From assembly GCA_038496445.1 (NCBI GenBank), contig JALMLS010000538.1, positions 186,001-250,000 on the forward strand: DNA of 64,000 bases, in the 5' to 3' direction. Below the pieces are notes generated by a model that was given only the letters and a program-made list of their open reading frames with translations, was not told the DNA's origin and did not search any database. Positions within the stretch are counted from its first letter, which is position 1. Each line of letters starts with the position of its first letter. Source of the stretch: Trichosphaerium sp. ATCC 40318 (lineage: Eukaryota > Protista > Tubulinea). Shown piece by piece: positions 38,196 to 49,286 of the stretch. The position numbers and the translations under genes were made by a program.

Positions 38196-41100
38196 ATGTC
38201 AGCAGCACTATACTGCGGTGTTATGGTTGCTTTAGTCTTCTTTGTTTCGAGTTCGCTTTCCGCTTCAAGCGCTAGTCCTGATACTATCTTCAATTGTAAC
38301 GTAACTGCTACTAACTGGGGCTGCCCTCCTACTGATTGGAGGAACAAAACAATAACGCGAAACGGCGAAAGGGTGCAAGTACCAAACCGCTTAAGATGTG
38401 ACACGAAACCCGAACCACTCATGAGTTGGGCGACAAAGACAGTCCGAACTGATGACTATATGGTCTTCGTTGGCGCAGAGGATAACCCACAGACCGAATA
38501 TGTACCTGGGAGTATCATTGAAGTTACTGTACTTACCCTCAAGTACTGGTCAAAGTACAGAGGGTTGATGATGTGCGCTTTTCTATCTTTTTTAGACTTT
38601 TTTTCATTTTGCCCTTTTGGTTCCCTCTCCATACGTAACATTACTAATATTGTCTTTAAGGTACGCCGAAGATTCGGACAATAATCACGTGGGTGAATGG
38701 AAGTTACCAGATGATTTCCCACGTGCGTGTGAACTTTGCGAGATTTTCTTTTTTGAATCAGTTTCTGTGTTGCTACTTTTTTTTCATCTTTTTATGATCA
38801 CGTGACGTTGTATATGAACTTACGCGTGTATTTAGCCGTATTCCAGTTGCCTTGGGCTTCTGATCATCAAACTTGCGCTCAGACATTGATGCACGCAAGT
38901 GCTCAATTGAAGCCTTTGAGATCTACCATTTCGTTTGTTGCTCCGCCAAAGGGTACCGGAAAAATCACTTTCCGAGCACTCATAAAGAGCGGCGATGCCA
39001 ACACTGGTGACTTCTGGTGGCCAAATATGGATGGCGACTTTACAATGACAGAATCAAGCGAATCTCTTCCAACAAACACTGGATGGTTCCAAACAGAGGT
39101 ACTGTCCAGCAACCAAATATTATTGTCTTATTCTTTCAAAGGTTGGACAATCTTGTACTGAGCGATGTGAGATGGAAAGTCTTCAATGTGACTTGGTTTC
39201 TTTGGAGAGTATAAACGGCATTGACGAGATTAACTCAGAATTGAAAGTATCTGGATTTTTATGCAAGAAACCCTTCCTCAGTGGTTGCAGCGCTCTTGGT
39301 ACAACACAAAGTACAGCAGGATTTTGTTACTACGATGATACAAGATGCGGAATGCAAGGTCGTTCTAATGATAGAGTAAGCTGTGACGCAAAGAGTACAA
39401 GTGATGAAGACGGGTATGTTTACTTTACGCTGCTTCTTTATTTTTCTAACTTCTTCTCTAAGAATGCGATTCTGTCGATGCTTGGAAGCTACCTTAGCGC
39501 CAGTCACACAGGATAACACCACTGCACCATCTGATAGCGGTACTGGATCACCAATCGACGATCCAAATGGCTCATCTTCATCCTCCCGACCAATCATCTC
39601 CGTTTTGTTGCTTTGCCTATGCACATTCGGTATTGCCTTCTTCACATCACAAAACGGTCGCACTTCAACGCCATTTATCCTTGGACTATTACTTATTGCT
39701 CTCATCGCATTGCCTTCGGCTCACGGACACAACTGGGTCACAAGCATTAGTCGAACACCTCGTGCTAGTACAGAAACACCTTGTCCACCTAAAATTCAAG
39801 AGGGACCTCATGTTCAAGTTGGTCCTGGTCAGGAATTTGAACTAGAAAATGTTCAAGGTCACGGAGGTGTATCTTACTTTGCTATTGTTCACAAGAAGAA
39901 TGAGGATAAATTAAAACTCCACACAAAGAAGATGTTTGAAAAATACTTTGACGAAGCGCCTGCATCAGCACTCTCAACACTTCGTGTTGTACACAGACGT
40001 TTTAGAAACCGCGATCCAGAAGATGGAGACTCCTTCCTGGGACCTGAGATTGCCATAACGGATCCTGACTTTGTTCCTCGACCAGAAGCTTTTGGAGGAT
40101 GGGGAGCTGAAGCAAAGTTGTTTCCATACAAACCAGAGTATCATCAAGACAACTACGCTGAATACGAACATCCAGATATGCCTTGGATTGAAGGTGTTTT
40201 CAGAGGAAGACATTACACCAAGAGACCTGGAGATTCTGATGCTGTTAAGATTAAGATACCTGATAGCTCTGAAAAGGGAAGGTACATCGTTCATTGGTAC
40301 TGGAATGGATATCGTGACTGTACAGATGTTGACTACGTTGATCATCAAGTTGAGAATATTTACGGAATTAAAGAAAACGTGACATCATACACGTACGTTC
40401 TTCAACATATATAAATCAATCGTACTTATAAATGTGCTTAGGCGTGTAGATCACTGCTTCTTCCCAAAGTACAGAAGTGCAGGAAGTACGAACTAAACTT
40501 TTAAATATCAATTGCTAATGCTGTTTTCTTTAGGATGTACAAAAATCTACACTGACTTGTCTTACTGCGCTCGAACATGTGGTCTAACGTGTTCTGGTAT
40601 CGCGGTTATGCCTCTATCAGTTGCATCAAGATACGCAGAAGAAGCATCACTGGTTCCTGATGGTTGCTTTGAAAACTTCGATAACTTCACGGCAATAGAA
40701 AACCCTGAAGATATAAACGTTTGTTTCTCTGTGCGAGGAAGAATACCTTCTGATACCTTTGGAGAAACAGAGATAGTCTTTGAGGATGACCCCGCCTATA
40801 GAGCCACATGTTATGTGAGAGGAACTGGCCGCGTATTTCCGGGATATGTAGCAGATACAGAAAAGGAGATACCATGGAGACATGGAGATAAATGTATCGA
40901 CTGCAACACAAGAGAACTCAACAAAGACTTATCGTTGACGAATATACCAGCCTGGCCGCTCTCTGAAGATTGTATAAACTGCGACCTTGAACCTGTAGTA
41001 GTTAACAAGCCAAAGGTACCTGCGTTAATCAACAAACAGTCAAGTATGGCTTGTAACGGAGCAAGAAACGTTTGGACTCAAGTGAACGGAGAGAACCACT

Positions 41101-41387
41101 ACAGTTGTAACGGAACAAGAGCTGAAGTTTCTAAGCTTTGTCATAAACAGCTTAGGTTCGACGGTAGAAGAGAAAAAACTGATGGTTTCTTCCCTTCAGA
41201 GTGTGCTATGGCTGCTAGCTTGGATCCCGAATGTACTGACAAGATTACAATGTTCGATCGCAGCTTGACTTATGGTGGTGTACGTGCTGGCCAGTGCTAT
41301 TGTCAGACAAAGGTTGAGTGTTGTAACGGGTGCTCATTGGTCGATAGAGGTACTGCCTATCACTATTATGATCTTGCGATGGTTTGA
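38196..41387 (+). CDS. Secreted multidomain putative polyprotein: Reeler-like + Cys-rich domain + membrane/GPI-like anchor + internal signal peptide + His-brace LPMO-like domain + Cys-rich tail
   Basis: Exons join in frame across GT-AG introns: YVPGSIIEVTV...YRGLMM|YAED...VGEW...FVAPPKGTGKITFRALI (Reeler-like); GQSCTERC...SCDA...DG|MRFCRC; two hydrophobic segments; AHG-HNW...GHGG...GRYIVHWYWNGYRDCTDV. Confidence 0.8.
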
Positions 41388-42135
41388 AGTCTTACAAAAA
41401 CCCAAATTGGGAAATAAATATACTTATTATCGTTCTTGCGTTGTGTACCTCACGTAATACAAAACATAATTTAGTCTTCTATCGAATACTATGATCAACT
41501 TATTGTGTATTCAGCTTAACAATGAGTTATTTGTTATACACTTATAGACTTGCCGGTGGACACAGCAGAAGCTCTGAGGGTAAGTCAAAAAATAGTTCAA
41601 ACTGAAATTATACGTGCACATTAATGAGTTCGACTGAAGAATGATCTAAAACCTGTATGCAATAAGAGTACAAAGGTCATAGCATGTAGATAATGTATCA
41701 TGTGTCATCAAGTGAACGTATGTTGGTACTTAAATAACGTTTTTTTGCCAATCACGTGACGAGACTTTTAAACATGATCATAATTAAATTGTGCGTCAAA
41801 CGTAGCGCGCTTTAAAATATCTATAATAATAGCGTCAATGTACATAAAATGCTCGCAAAACAATGTTTTTATTTTGCTATTTTACTAACTTTTTACGAAA
41901 CGAATTCTCGTCTTTGATATTACTCTTCTAGTCCATTTAAACTCTTTTCAACGTACCTAGCGTTTTTTAAATTCATGTTTAAACTTAAAACAAATATATC
42001 ACGTGCAAGCAAGCATTAAAAAAGAGTCCCTTGCGTTTACTCCAAGAATGCACGTAAAATTGCCTTAAAACAGAAATCTCGATTGTCGGTGATTTTTCTC
42101 GTGAAATAGACCCAAAACCGCAACTCAACAGCCTA

Positions 42136-43858
42136 ATGAAGTTCCTCTTTATCATATTGGCGCTAGTGACCCTTAAAAACTATGTATATAGTCAAGAGAT
42201 AGATTTGTTTACTGCCATCAGTACCGTTTCAGCAGGAGGCCCAGGTGCTATTGAAATCGCAGAGGAGAGCGTAACAGACCCTGTATCAATAATAGGCGGT
42301 ACTAGAATCCTAAGAGCTACACGTACTGCGTCTTCAGCGCCGTCTCTGACCTTGCGTTGTGCTGCTATTGCAGGTTTTCTAGCCTACAGCGCAGATGTGA
42401 CTGTTTCAGGTGAGTGTAGAGCTATATACGCTGGGGATGATGGTAACGGTTTAACTCCTACGAATTTCATACAGAGCGGATGTGGTAAGTGAATTCTTTT
42501 TTGTAAAGAACACTTTACTTCTTTTGCTAAACGGTTTTTTCTTTTTTATTAAGATTGTTGGAATCTGCACATGGTTGACACTGATAACGATGTTGTTCTT
42601 GAGTTTATTGCACGTAGTACACTTCAATCTGATCTTTTGGTATCCACCCTCCCAATACAGACGGCGGTTGTAGATCAAGATATTTGCTTCCCTTTTTCCG
42701 GGAACCGTACTGTTTATTCTTCTATTGACCATATTGAGATTGGCATTATTGGTAATAGGATTAATATTGATGCGAATATAGGATATTCGTGTTGTCAACC
42801 AAGACTATCCTGCTGGTAAGTGTTTTTTCCAACTTGTGTTTTTTCGTGATAGTTTTTTTTTCTTTCTTGTTTTTTTCCAAAGCGTGTCTTGACTCGTTCT
42901 ACCGCTAAAGTTTTGCTTCGTTAGGCATACTGTTACAGATTTGAACGACGTGATGGTTAGTGAAACAAATATTGGAGATACTATAAGATTAGGTATCATG
43001 TGCGAAAACTATGACTCGTTGCCAGAAAGCATAGAAGAATTTGAAATTTCTTTTGGTTTTCCGCAAACTATTGGTCGTATGGACGATACAACAATAACCT
43101 GTAATAGTGCGGTAAGTTCCCTCGAACAATCTCCAAATTCTCTAGGTCTCTAAGTTATCTTATACGTGTATCAGGCAATGAATCCAACAGTTACTGGGAA
43201 TGCACTTACATTGAGTGCTATCTTAAACGAGAACGAATTAGTTAGCTGTGTGGTTGAAGTTGATTTGTTTGCTAATGGTATAGCGAATGATATTGCAGCT
43301 GATATTACGTCATTACGCACACCTGATGTCACATTCAAATCTAACGCCAATATGAATACGTGAGTACCCAATATTTTTTTTTTTTAAGCTGACAGTTTTT
43401 GATAATATCTTGTTTAAGGCAAGGCACAGTTGATTTCTGCAAACCTCCAGAACCCTCAACTGTTGTGGTTGGAAATCCACCCACAGACGCACCTACTCTT
43501 CAACCTACACCTGAACCACCAACTGCAACTGCAGCACCTACAACTGAACCTCCAACAGGAACTCCAACAACTCTATCGCCAACTGAGCCAAGTCAACTAA
43601 TTTGTATTTCACCTCGTATTATTGATGGCATGTGCCAGTACGTATTTCAACAATGAAGACATTCCCATAGCTATATAGCCCTATACTCTATCTAATGACA
43701 TTTCTAGGTGTCAAACATTCCCTTGTCACAGACTACCTGATAGTGATGATATTCAATGTGAAACAGAAGATTGGTATTGCTATTTCATAACAATGGCTCC
43801 TTCTTCAGGTTCCTTTAGAGTATCTTACGGAGGATTTGAATGTTTTTGTTCAGTGTAA
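42136..43858 (+). CDS. Secreted multi-exon protein with beta-rich domains, Pro/Thr stalk and Cys-rich C-terminus; function unknown
   Basis: Signal peptide MKFLFIILALVTLKNYVYS; exons bounded by GTAAGT/GTGAGT/GTACGT donors; PPTDAPTLQPTPEPPT stalk. Confidence 0.7.
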
Positions 43859-44184
43859 AATAAACGAAAAAAACAATACCAAACGAGTCACAGCACATTA
43901 ACGGCCTTTCTTGACAAAAATGCTCAAGTTTGTATGTTGGCTGTAAAAAAGTTCGTGGGTGTATTTCTCATAGCGGTGAAAAGATTCCACGGTGGCTATG
44001 TGATTCACATGAATACGGTTCTGTACTACATGATTTAAAGGGCCGTCTAAGTAGACACAATGATCCAACAGTCAGCCACTGTGACTGGTCAATGTCTTTT
44101 TTTCAAGGAAAAGAATGCACTGATTTCTGTTAAGGCTTGTAGCGTATTCATTCAGTCTTTTTTAACTCAACACAAGCACAACAG

Positions 44185-45184
44185 ATGGACCTCATATTCA
44201 CCGTAGATGGCATGGAATTCATTGTAAAGCGCTTTGTACCTGAAAACTGTGTGCGTATAACGGCCTCCAAGTACTCCCTGGACTTGATGAACATGGACGA
44301 TTCCTTCTAGGTGCGTGATTATCAAACGGTTTACGCAAACCATCTCATCGTTTCACACAGCCCAGCTAAAGAAAGGATCTAAAAAGTACGCTAATTTTCG
44401 CGTTTGTGGAACAAAGTGGGTTGTGGGAGATTGCGTCTGTTAACGCTCAACAGCTCACTTTAAGCCTGCATAGAAAGACTGTGTCAGTAAACTTGGTTCT
44501 TAAAGCTGATTTACCAAGATTCAGCACGGACATCAAGAACAAGAACAAGGTACTATTAGTACAAAAAATGGAACATGCAAAGTTGCAAAAAAATATCACG
44601 TGATATCAAAGTAAAGTATTTTCTAGGTTTGGAGTTTGAATGTACTTGGTAACATTGCAACTATGAAAAAAGGACGTGAATGTACGGCTTCCTTGTTTTC
44701 CGAAGCTAATTTCGACCTTACAAGTAACTGACTAGTACCAGGTGTTGCTCTTCTCGAACCCGCAGTGTCAAAAGGCACAAAAAGTGTTGCCTTCAAGTAC
44801 GTGTCATTTGAGATGATGACGATGCTAATAATCTTTCCAACAGGGTCCTTGACGTCTCACAGTCACTTAGACTAGGGATTGTACCTTGCGAAAAGTTCTC
44901 CTTGCAAAGCAGGCTGGGTAGTGAAGTAAATAGCAATGGTGTTGGTATCTTTATCTGGTGAAGTAATTCAAAACAAAATGATAACTACAAAATGCTACAG
45001 GGGAGAAGGGTTTAACAAGGGCGATATTGTTACAGTAACAATAGATATGGAAAACAAAAAGGTTTCTTTCTTGATAGGAGGAAAGCAGGTCAAAACCCCT
45101 CCTAAAGATCTAGGTGAAAAGTTCGACTCTTACTACTTTGCTGTGAGCGCTAATGACTCCTGTTCCTTACTCATTGTTTACTAA
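44185..45184 (+). pseudogene. Degenerate inverted duplicate of the SPRY gene at 495-1577
   Basis: Highly similar to the reverse complement of 495-1590, including introns. An exon-1 deletion shifts the frame to TAG (44308-44310), and a ~50-bp deletion near 44430 removes a splice acceptor and exon start. Confidence 0.85.
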
Positions 45185-45642
45185 AGCAAAAAATCATCAC
45201 TTCATGCCTGACTTAGCTTCTTTGCTTACAACTTTCACAAGTCTTTTTTTAAGGGTGGTGGCTTTGGTTTTTTTTAAAAGTGGTTTGGGTATGAGGCGGT
45301 AAAGGGACAATCATCAAAGATCAATCTTAACTGAGACCAGCCAAGATTAAAAAAATAGACAACGGTTCTTACATCCACCAGATTGGGTTTTTTTTGGGTT
45401 TTTTGGGTTTTTTTTGACATCGCGTCATAGCTAATACTCACAATTGTTTGCTGTAATAGTTGCAATGTACTATGTATGGTTTAAAACTATTTATTTTAGC
45501 TAGCACCAATACAATGTCTACAGATAAATAAGTGTCTAAGGCAGCTTGACCAGAGTTTCAAACATTTCTGAAAGAAAACAGCAGCCACAAGACACAACGT
45601 CAATCCAAATATTTACATTGTTTTGTAGTATTAACACATAGG

Positions 45643-46896
45643 CTATAACCACACAATAATTAACCAAACAATAGATGCTATTACTGCAAATACCGTCAAT
45701 ATTTTATATTCACGTGGGATATCCACCCCACTTTTGTCATGTCTTCTAATATACCAACAATAGCTCAAATCTATAGTATGAACACCTGCTAAAGCTGTAA
45801 CACCAGCATCAGTAACAAGAGTACTACATAAATCTATTGTATGAACACCAGCCAACGCTTTAATTCCTTCATCTGTCACATATCTACAGAAACTTAAATT
45901 GATTGTGTGAACACCAGCCAACGCTTTAATTCCTTCATCTGTCACATATCTACAGAAACTCATATTAATGGTATGAGCTCCAGCTAAAGCTCTAATACTT
46001 TCGTCTGTCACTTTACACTCATTAACATTGATGCTATGAACACCAGCCAAGGCTTTAATCCCATCATCAGTCAATTGATCACAAAAAGCAACAGAAATTG
46101 TATGAACTCCGGCCAATGCTTTAATACCTTTATCTGTAGTATTTCTACAACCGCTCAGATTTATAGTGTGAACACCAGCTAAAGCTATAAGGCCATCTTC
46201 TTTTACATTACATTCGCTCAAATCTATTGTATGAACTCCTGCTAAAGCTCTAACACCAGCATCAGTAACATGAGTACCACTTAAATTGATTGTGTGAACA
46301 CCAGCCAACGCTGTAATTCCTTCATCTGTCACATTATTATACCGTAAATTTATTGTATGAACACCAGCCAAAGCTTTAATACCTTCATCTGTCACGTGTT
46401 TGCAAATACTCAAATCAATTGTGTGAATACCAGCTAAACATTTAACTCCCTTATCTGTCACGTTCGTTTTTGCCAATACAATCTTCCGTATTCCAGCTAA
46501 TAGAATTAGATGATCATCAGTACAGTCATCAAGCTGAAGACTATTAATAATCTTAAAGTTACTAAGATCAACTCCTTTCTCCAGATTCTGTAATTTGAGG
46601 TCAAATGCTCCTTGCAAGTACTGTAAGTGGTGTTGTCTTATACCAAATTGAATTATAATTCTATTTGAGTCTATGAGATGAGGTGAAGTTTTGTACAGTT
46701 TTATGAGCTTTTCTTCAGTTTCTATGATTATATCTCTTGTGTTTGCGTATTGCAAGTGGTATTTTGCGATATTAGCAAACATTTTAGATGTATGCACTAT
46801 AGAGTCCATAGATAACAGCGGAACATTGTGTAGTATATGAACAATAACTTCAACTGGTATCTCATCAAAGAATGCGCTGTTTGTGTTCATTATCAA
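45643..46896 (-). CDS. Intronless F-box + LRR protein with C-terminal transmembrane tail anchor; paralog of 11203-12219
   Basis: FDEIPVEVIVHIL; ~11 LAGVHTI.L...VTDEGIKA repeats; ends ILTVFAVIASIVWLIIVWL*. Confidence 0.85.
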   Translation of the reverse strand: MIMNTNSAFFDEIPVEVIVHILHNVPLLSMDSIVHTSKMFANIAKYHLQYANTRDIIIETEEKLIKLYKTSPHLIDSNRIIIQFGIRQHHLQYLQGAFDLKLQNLEKGVDLSNFKIINSLQLDDCTDDHLILLAGIRKIVLAKTNVTDKGVKCLAGIHTIDLSICKHVTDEGIKALAGVHTINLRYNNVTDEGITALAGVHTINLSGTHVTDAGVRALAGVHTIDLSECNVKEDGLIALAGVHTINLSGCRNTTDKGIKALAGVHTISVAFCDQLTDDGIKALAGVHSINVNECKVTDESIRALAGAHTINMSFCRYVTDEGIKALAGVHTINLSFCRYVTDEGIKALAGVHTIDLCSTLVTDAGVTALAGVHTIDLSYCWYIRRHDKSGVDIPREYKILTVFAVIASIVWLIIVWL

Positions 46897-47255
46897 GTTT
46901 ACAAGGAGCTAGTTCCGATATAAAATAAAGAACCTTACAACAGCAAAGCAAGACAAGGTGCCACGTGCGTTTTGCTCCTTTGAACTACCGGAGTTGACTT
47001 GAAAAACATAAACAGTAAAAGATTTTACCTGAAATAACTATTATTAGCTTTTCAGAGAAACTGACTTTAAGCATCAAGAACGATAGCAAACATTTATTGT
47101 ACCGTATAGCAGTAGTACACGACAACTGTAGGACTAACTTAATACAACATTTTAAACAGCTACACTTGCAACAAAAAAAAAGTAAAAAAGAAGCAAAAAG
47201 ATAACAAGACAGATTACTGTACAAAGTGGGGTTGCTTTTTTATGGAATTAAGTAC

Positions 47256-48895
47256 TTAACATTTTTTGGCTTGAGTATACTGTGTTATCCACCAATGTTT
47301 TCTAAGTTCAGCAAGAGATATACGCTTCTTTGGGTCAACGACGAGCAACTAAAACACGAGAAACAGTCAGTTAACCAGGTCACTGTAACATGCTTTTTTC
47401 TTTTGGTAATAAAACGTTTTACGTACCCTTTTAATCAAGTCTCTTGCGCCAGCAGGGAAGCCAGTAGGGAACTTATACCTATTATTTACGATAGCTTTTC
47501 TTGTTTCTTTTTCAGAATCAAGTTCAAAAGGAGGTGTTCCTACTAAGAACTCGTATGCTAGTACGCCTAGATGCATGGTAAGATACCACCAAATAAATAT
47601 CAATGTTGACGTACCCAAAGACCAAATATCACAAGTTTTGTTATGTCCAGCTTGCTGTAAAGGAATTTAGAGGATATTTTTTGAAAACAACAACATCAAA
47701 AAAAATTCTTGTATTTAGTAATGTACCTGAAGCATCTCTGGTGGAAGATAATCTAGTGTACCGCAAAGGGTTTCGCGCCTTTTAGCATGGGAATGTACAG
47801 AGTATCCAAAATCAGCAATTTTTACTGTTCCATCTGCTGTAAGCAACAAGTTCTCTGGCTATAAAAAAACGATTTTTAGTTTCACGCTTAATTCCTTGAA
47901 TAGTAAATCATTACCTTCAAATCACGGTGCGCAATACGTCTAGAGTGTAGGTACATAAGAGCTTCTGCTACTTGATCAATATACTAGAACGATGTTGAGT
48001 AAGACAAAGGAAACAACAAACATGAAACGTGTTATCCACGTGGTTTAGTTTTTTTTTTTTCAATTTTTTCTTTTTTTGGACCAACGTTTTAACAGGTCAC
48101 CAATAACAATGAAGAAACAATAAAACCATTTTTCAATAAGACTACGCTATGCGTTATAAATTGTTACCTTTGCAGATGTTTCAGCGTCAAATCTACGCTG
48201 CTTTCTAAGGTGTCCGTATACTTCTCCTTCTGATGCGTATTCTAGTATAAGGACAATCCTCTTGTCATCGTGAAACCATCCGTATAGTCTGATAAGGTTT
48301 TTATGGCGAATCTAATGATTAGAAGGTTAATCTCGATAAAACCTTTCGATAATTTTTTATGATCAAAAATAACGGATAGTAGTGTATTAGGCTCTTACTG
48401 AGCGTAATATCACCTGCGGGGCTATTTTCGAAAGGATTTAAATCGTACGTTGGACATTATTTCAATTTCACGTCTTACGCTCTTTTCAGCCATATCGCGC
48501 ATAATATCTGATTTAAAGAGTACTTTGAGTGCAACGATGAATTTGGACTTCTTTTCTCTAGCAAGGTAAACGTGGCCTAAATAGTATCAGGTTGCATGCA
48601 CTAGAGTGTAGATGTTCGTACCATACTTTCCACGGCCTAATGGTTTGCCTATATCGAAATCAGCAATACTCCACTGTCTTGGCTTTTGCTTCTCGACAGG
48701 TTGTCTCCTGTTCATTGAGTGTCCGCGCCGTACGTTTGGATGCTATACAGAATCAGAAACGGTTTGATGGATTGGCGGGAATCTTTTTAAACCGCTAACA
48801 AAGCGAATGCACAAACCAGCGCGGTTATAGACGCAACATGCAGTGTTTTTTTGTATTTAAAACTCTAGAATTACACGTACAGAGTTTTCTGTCAT
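47256..48895 (-). CDS. Aurora-family Ser/Thr kinase, multi-exon
   Basis: [18 protein letters not shown]|[21 protein letters not shown]...RREIEI; [18 protein letters not shown]; HRDLK|PENLL; IADFGYSVH...[16 protein letters not shown]; [15 protein letters not shown]; GARDLIKR|LLVVDPKKR. Confidence 0.93.
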
Positions 48896-49188
48896 TATAA
48901 TTGCAATAATACGTTTAGGATAGTTGTTAGCGTTATGGCGGTTACGAAGCTGAAAAAAAATGTACCATGGCTTAATAGCGTAAGCGAGTAGTTTTTTCCT
49001 TTTTCAGACGGTCTCCTCTACTAACGCCATCGATAATACACACATAGGTGCGCCAACATATGGTAACAAACATAGCGCAGTTGAAGAGTACAAAAGTGAT
49101 TTTAAGCTATAAACTGACCATAAAGTTGAGCTCAAAATAAAACCGTTACTTTCCTATTTAACATGTTTATTAATTACGTTACAAATTA

Positions 49189-49251
49189 AATGACAGTGTC
49201 AACACTACTGCGCCTAATCAGGTTTAAGCAGTCGTGAATCATTTGGTCATT
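49189..49251 (-). promoter_or_regulatory. Eukaryotic type II SECIS element in the GPx 3' UTR
   Basis: The minus strand reads AATGAC-caa-ATGAT-TCACGACTGC-tt-AAA-CCT-gatt-AGG-c-GCAGTAGTG-t-TGAC-act-GTCATT. This gives helix I, an AUGA/GA quartet, helix II, unpaired AAA and an apical mini-stem. Confidence 0.9.
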
Positions 49252-49286
49252 CAACAAAGTACGCTCCTAATTTTCACATTTTTCCC

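Noticed and set aside
11203-46896. Endogenous giant-virus or large transposon insertion spanning the F-box genes
   Set aside because: No viral hallmark genes, integrase or transposase were seen, and the intervening genes are intron-rich host genes.
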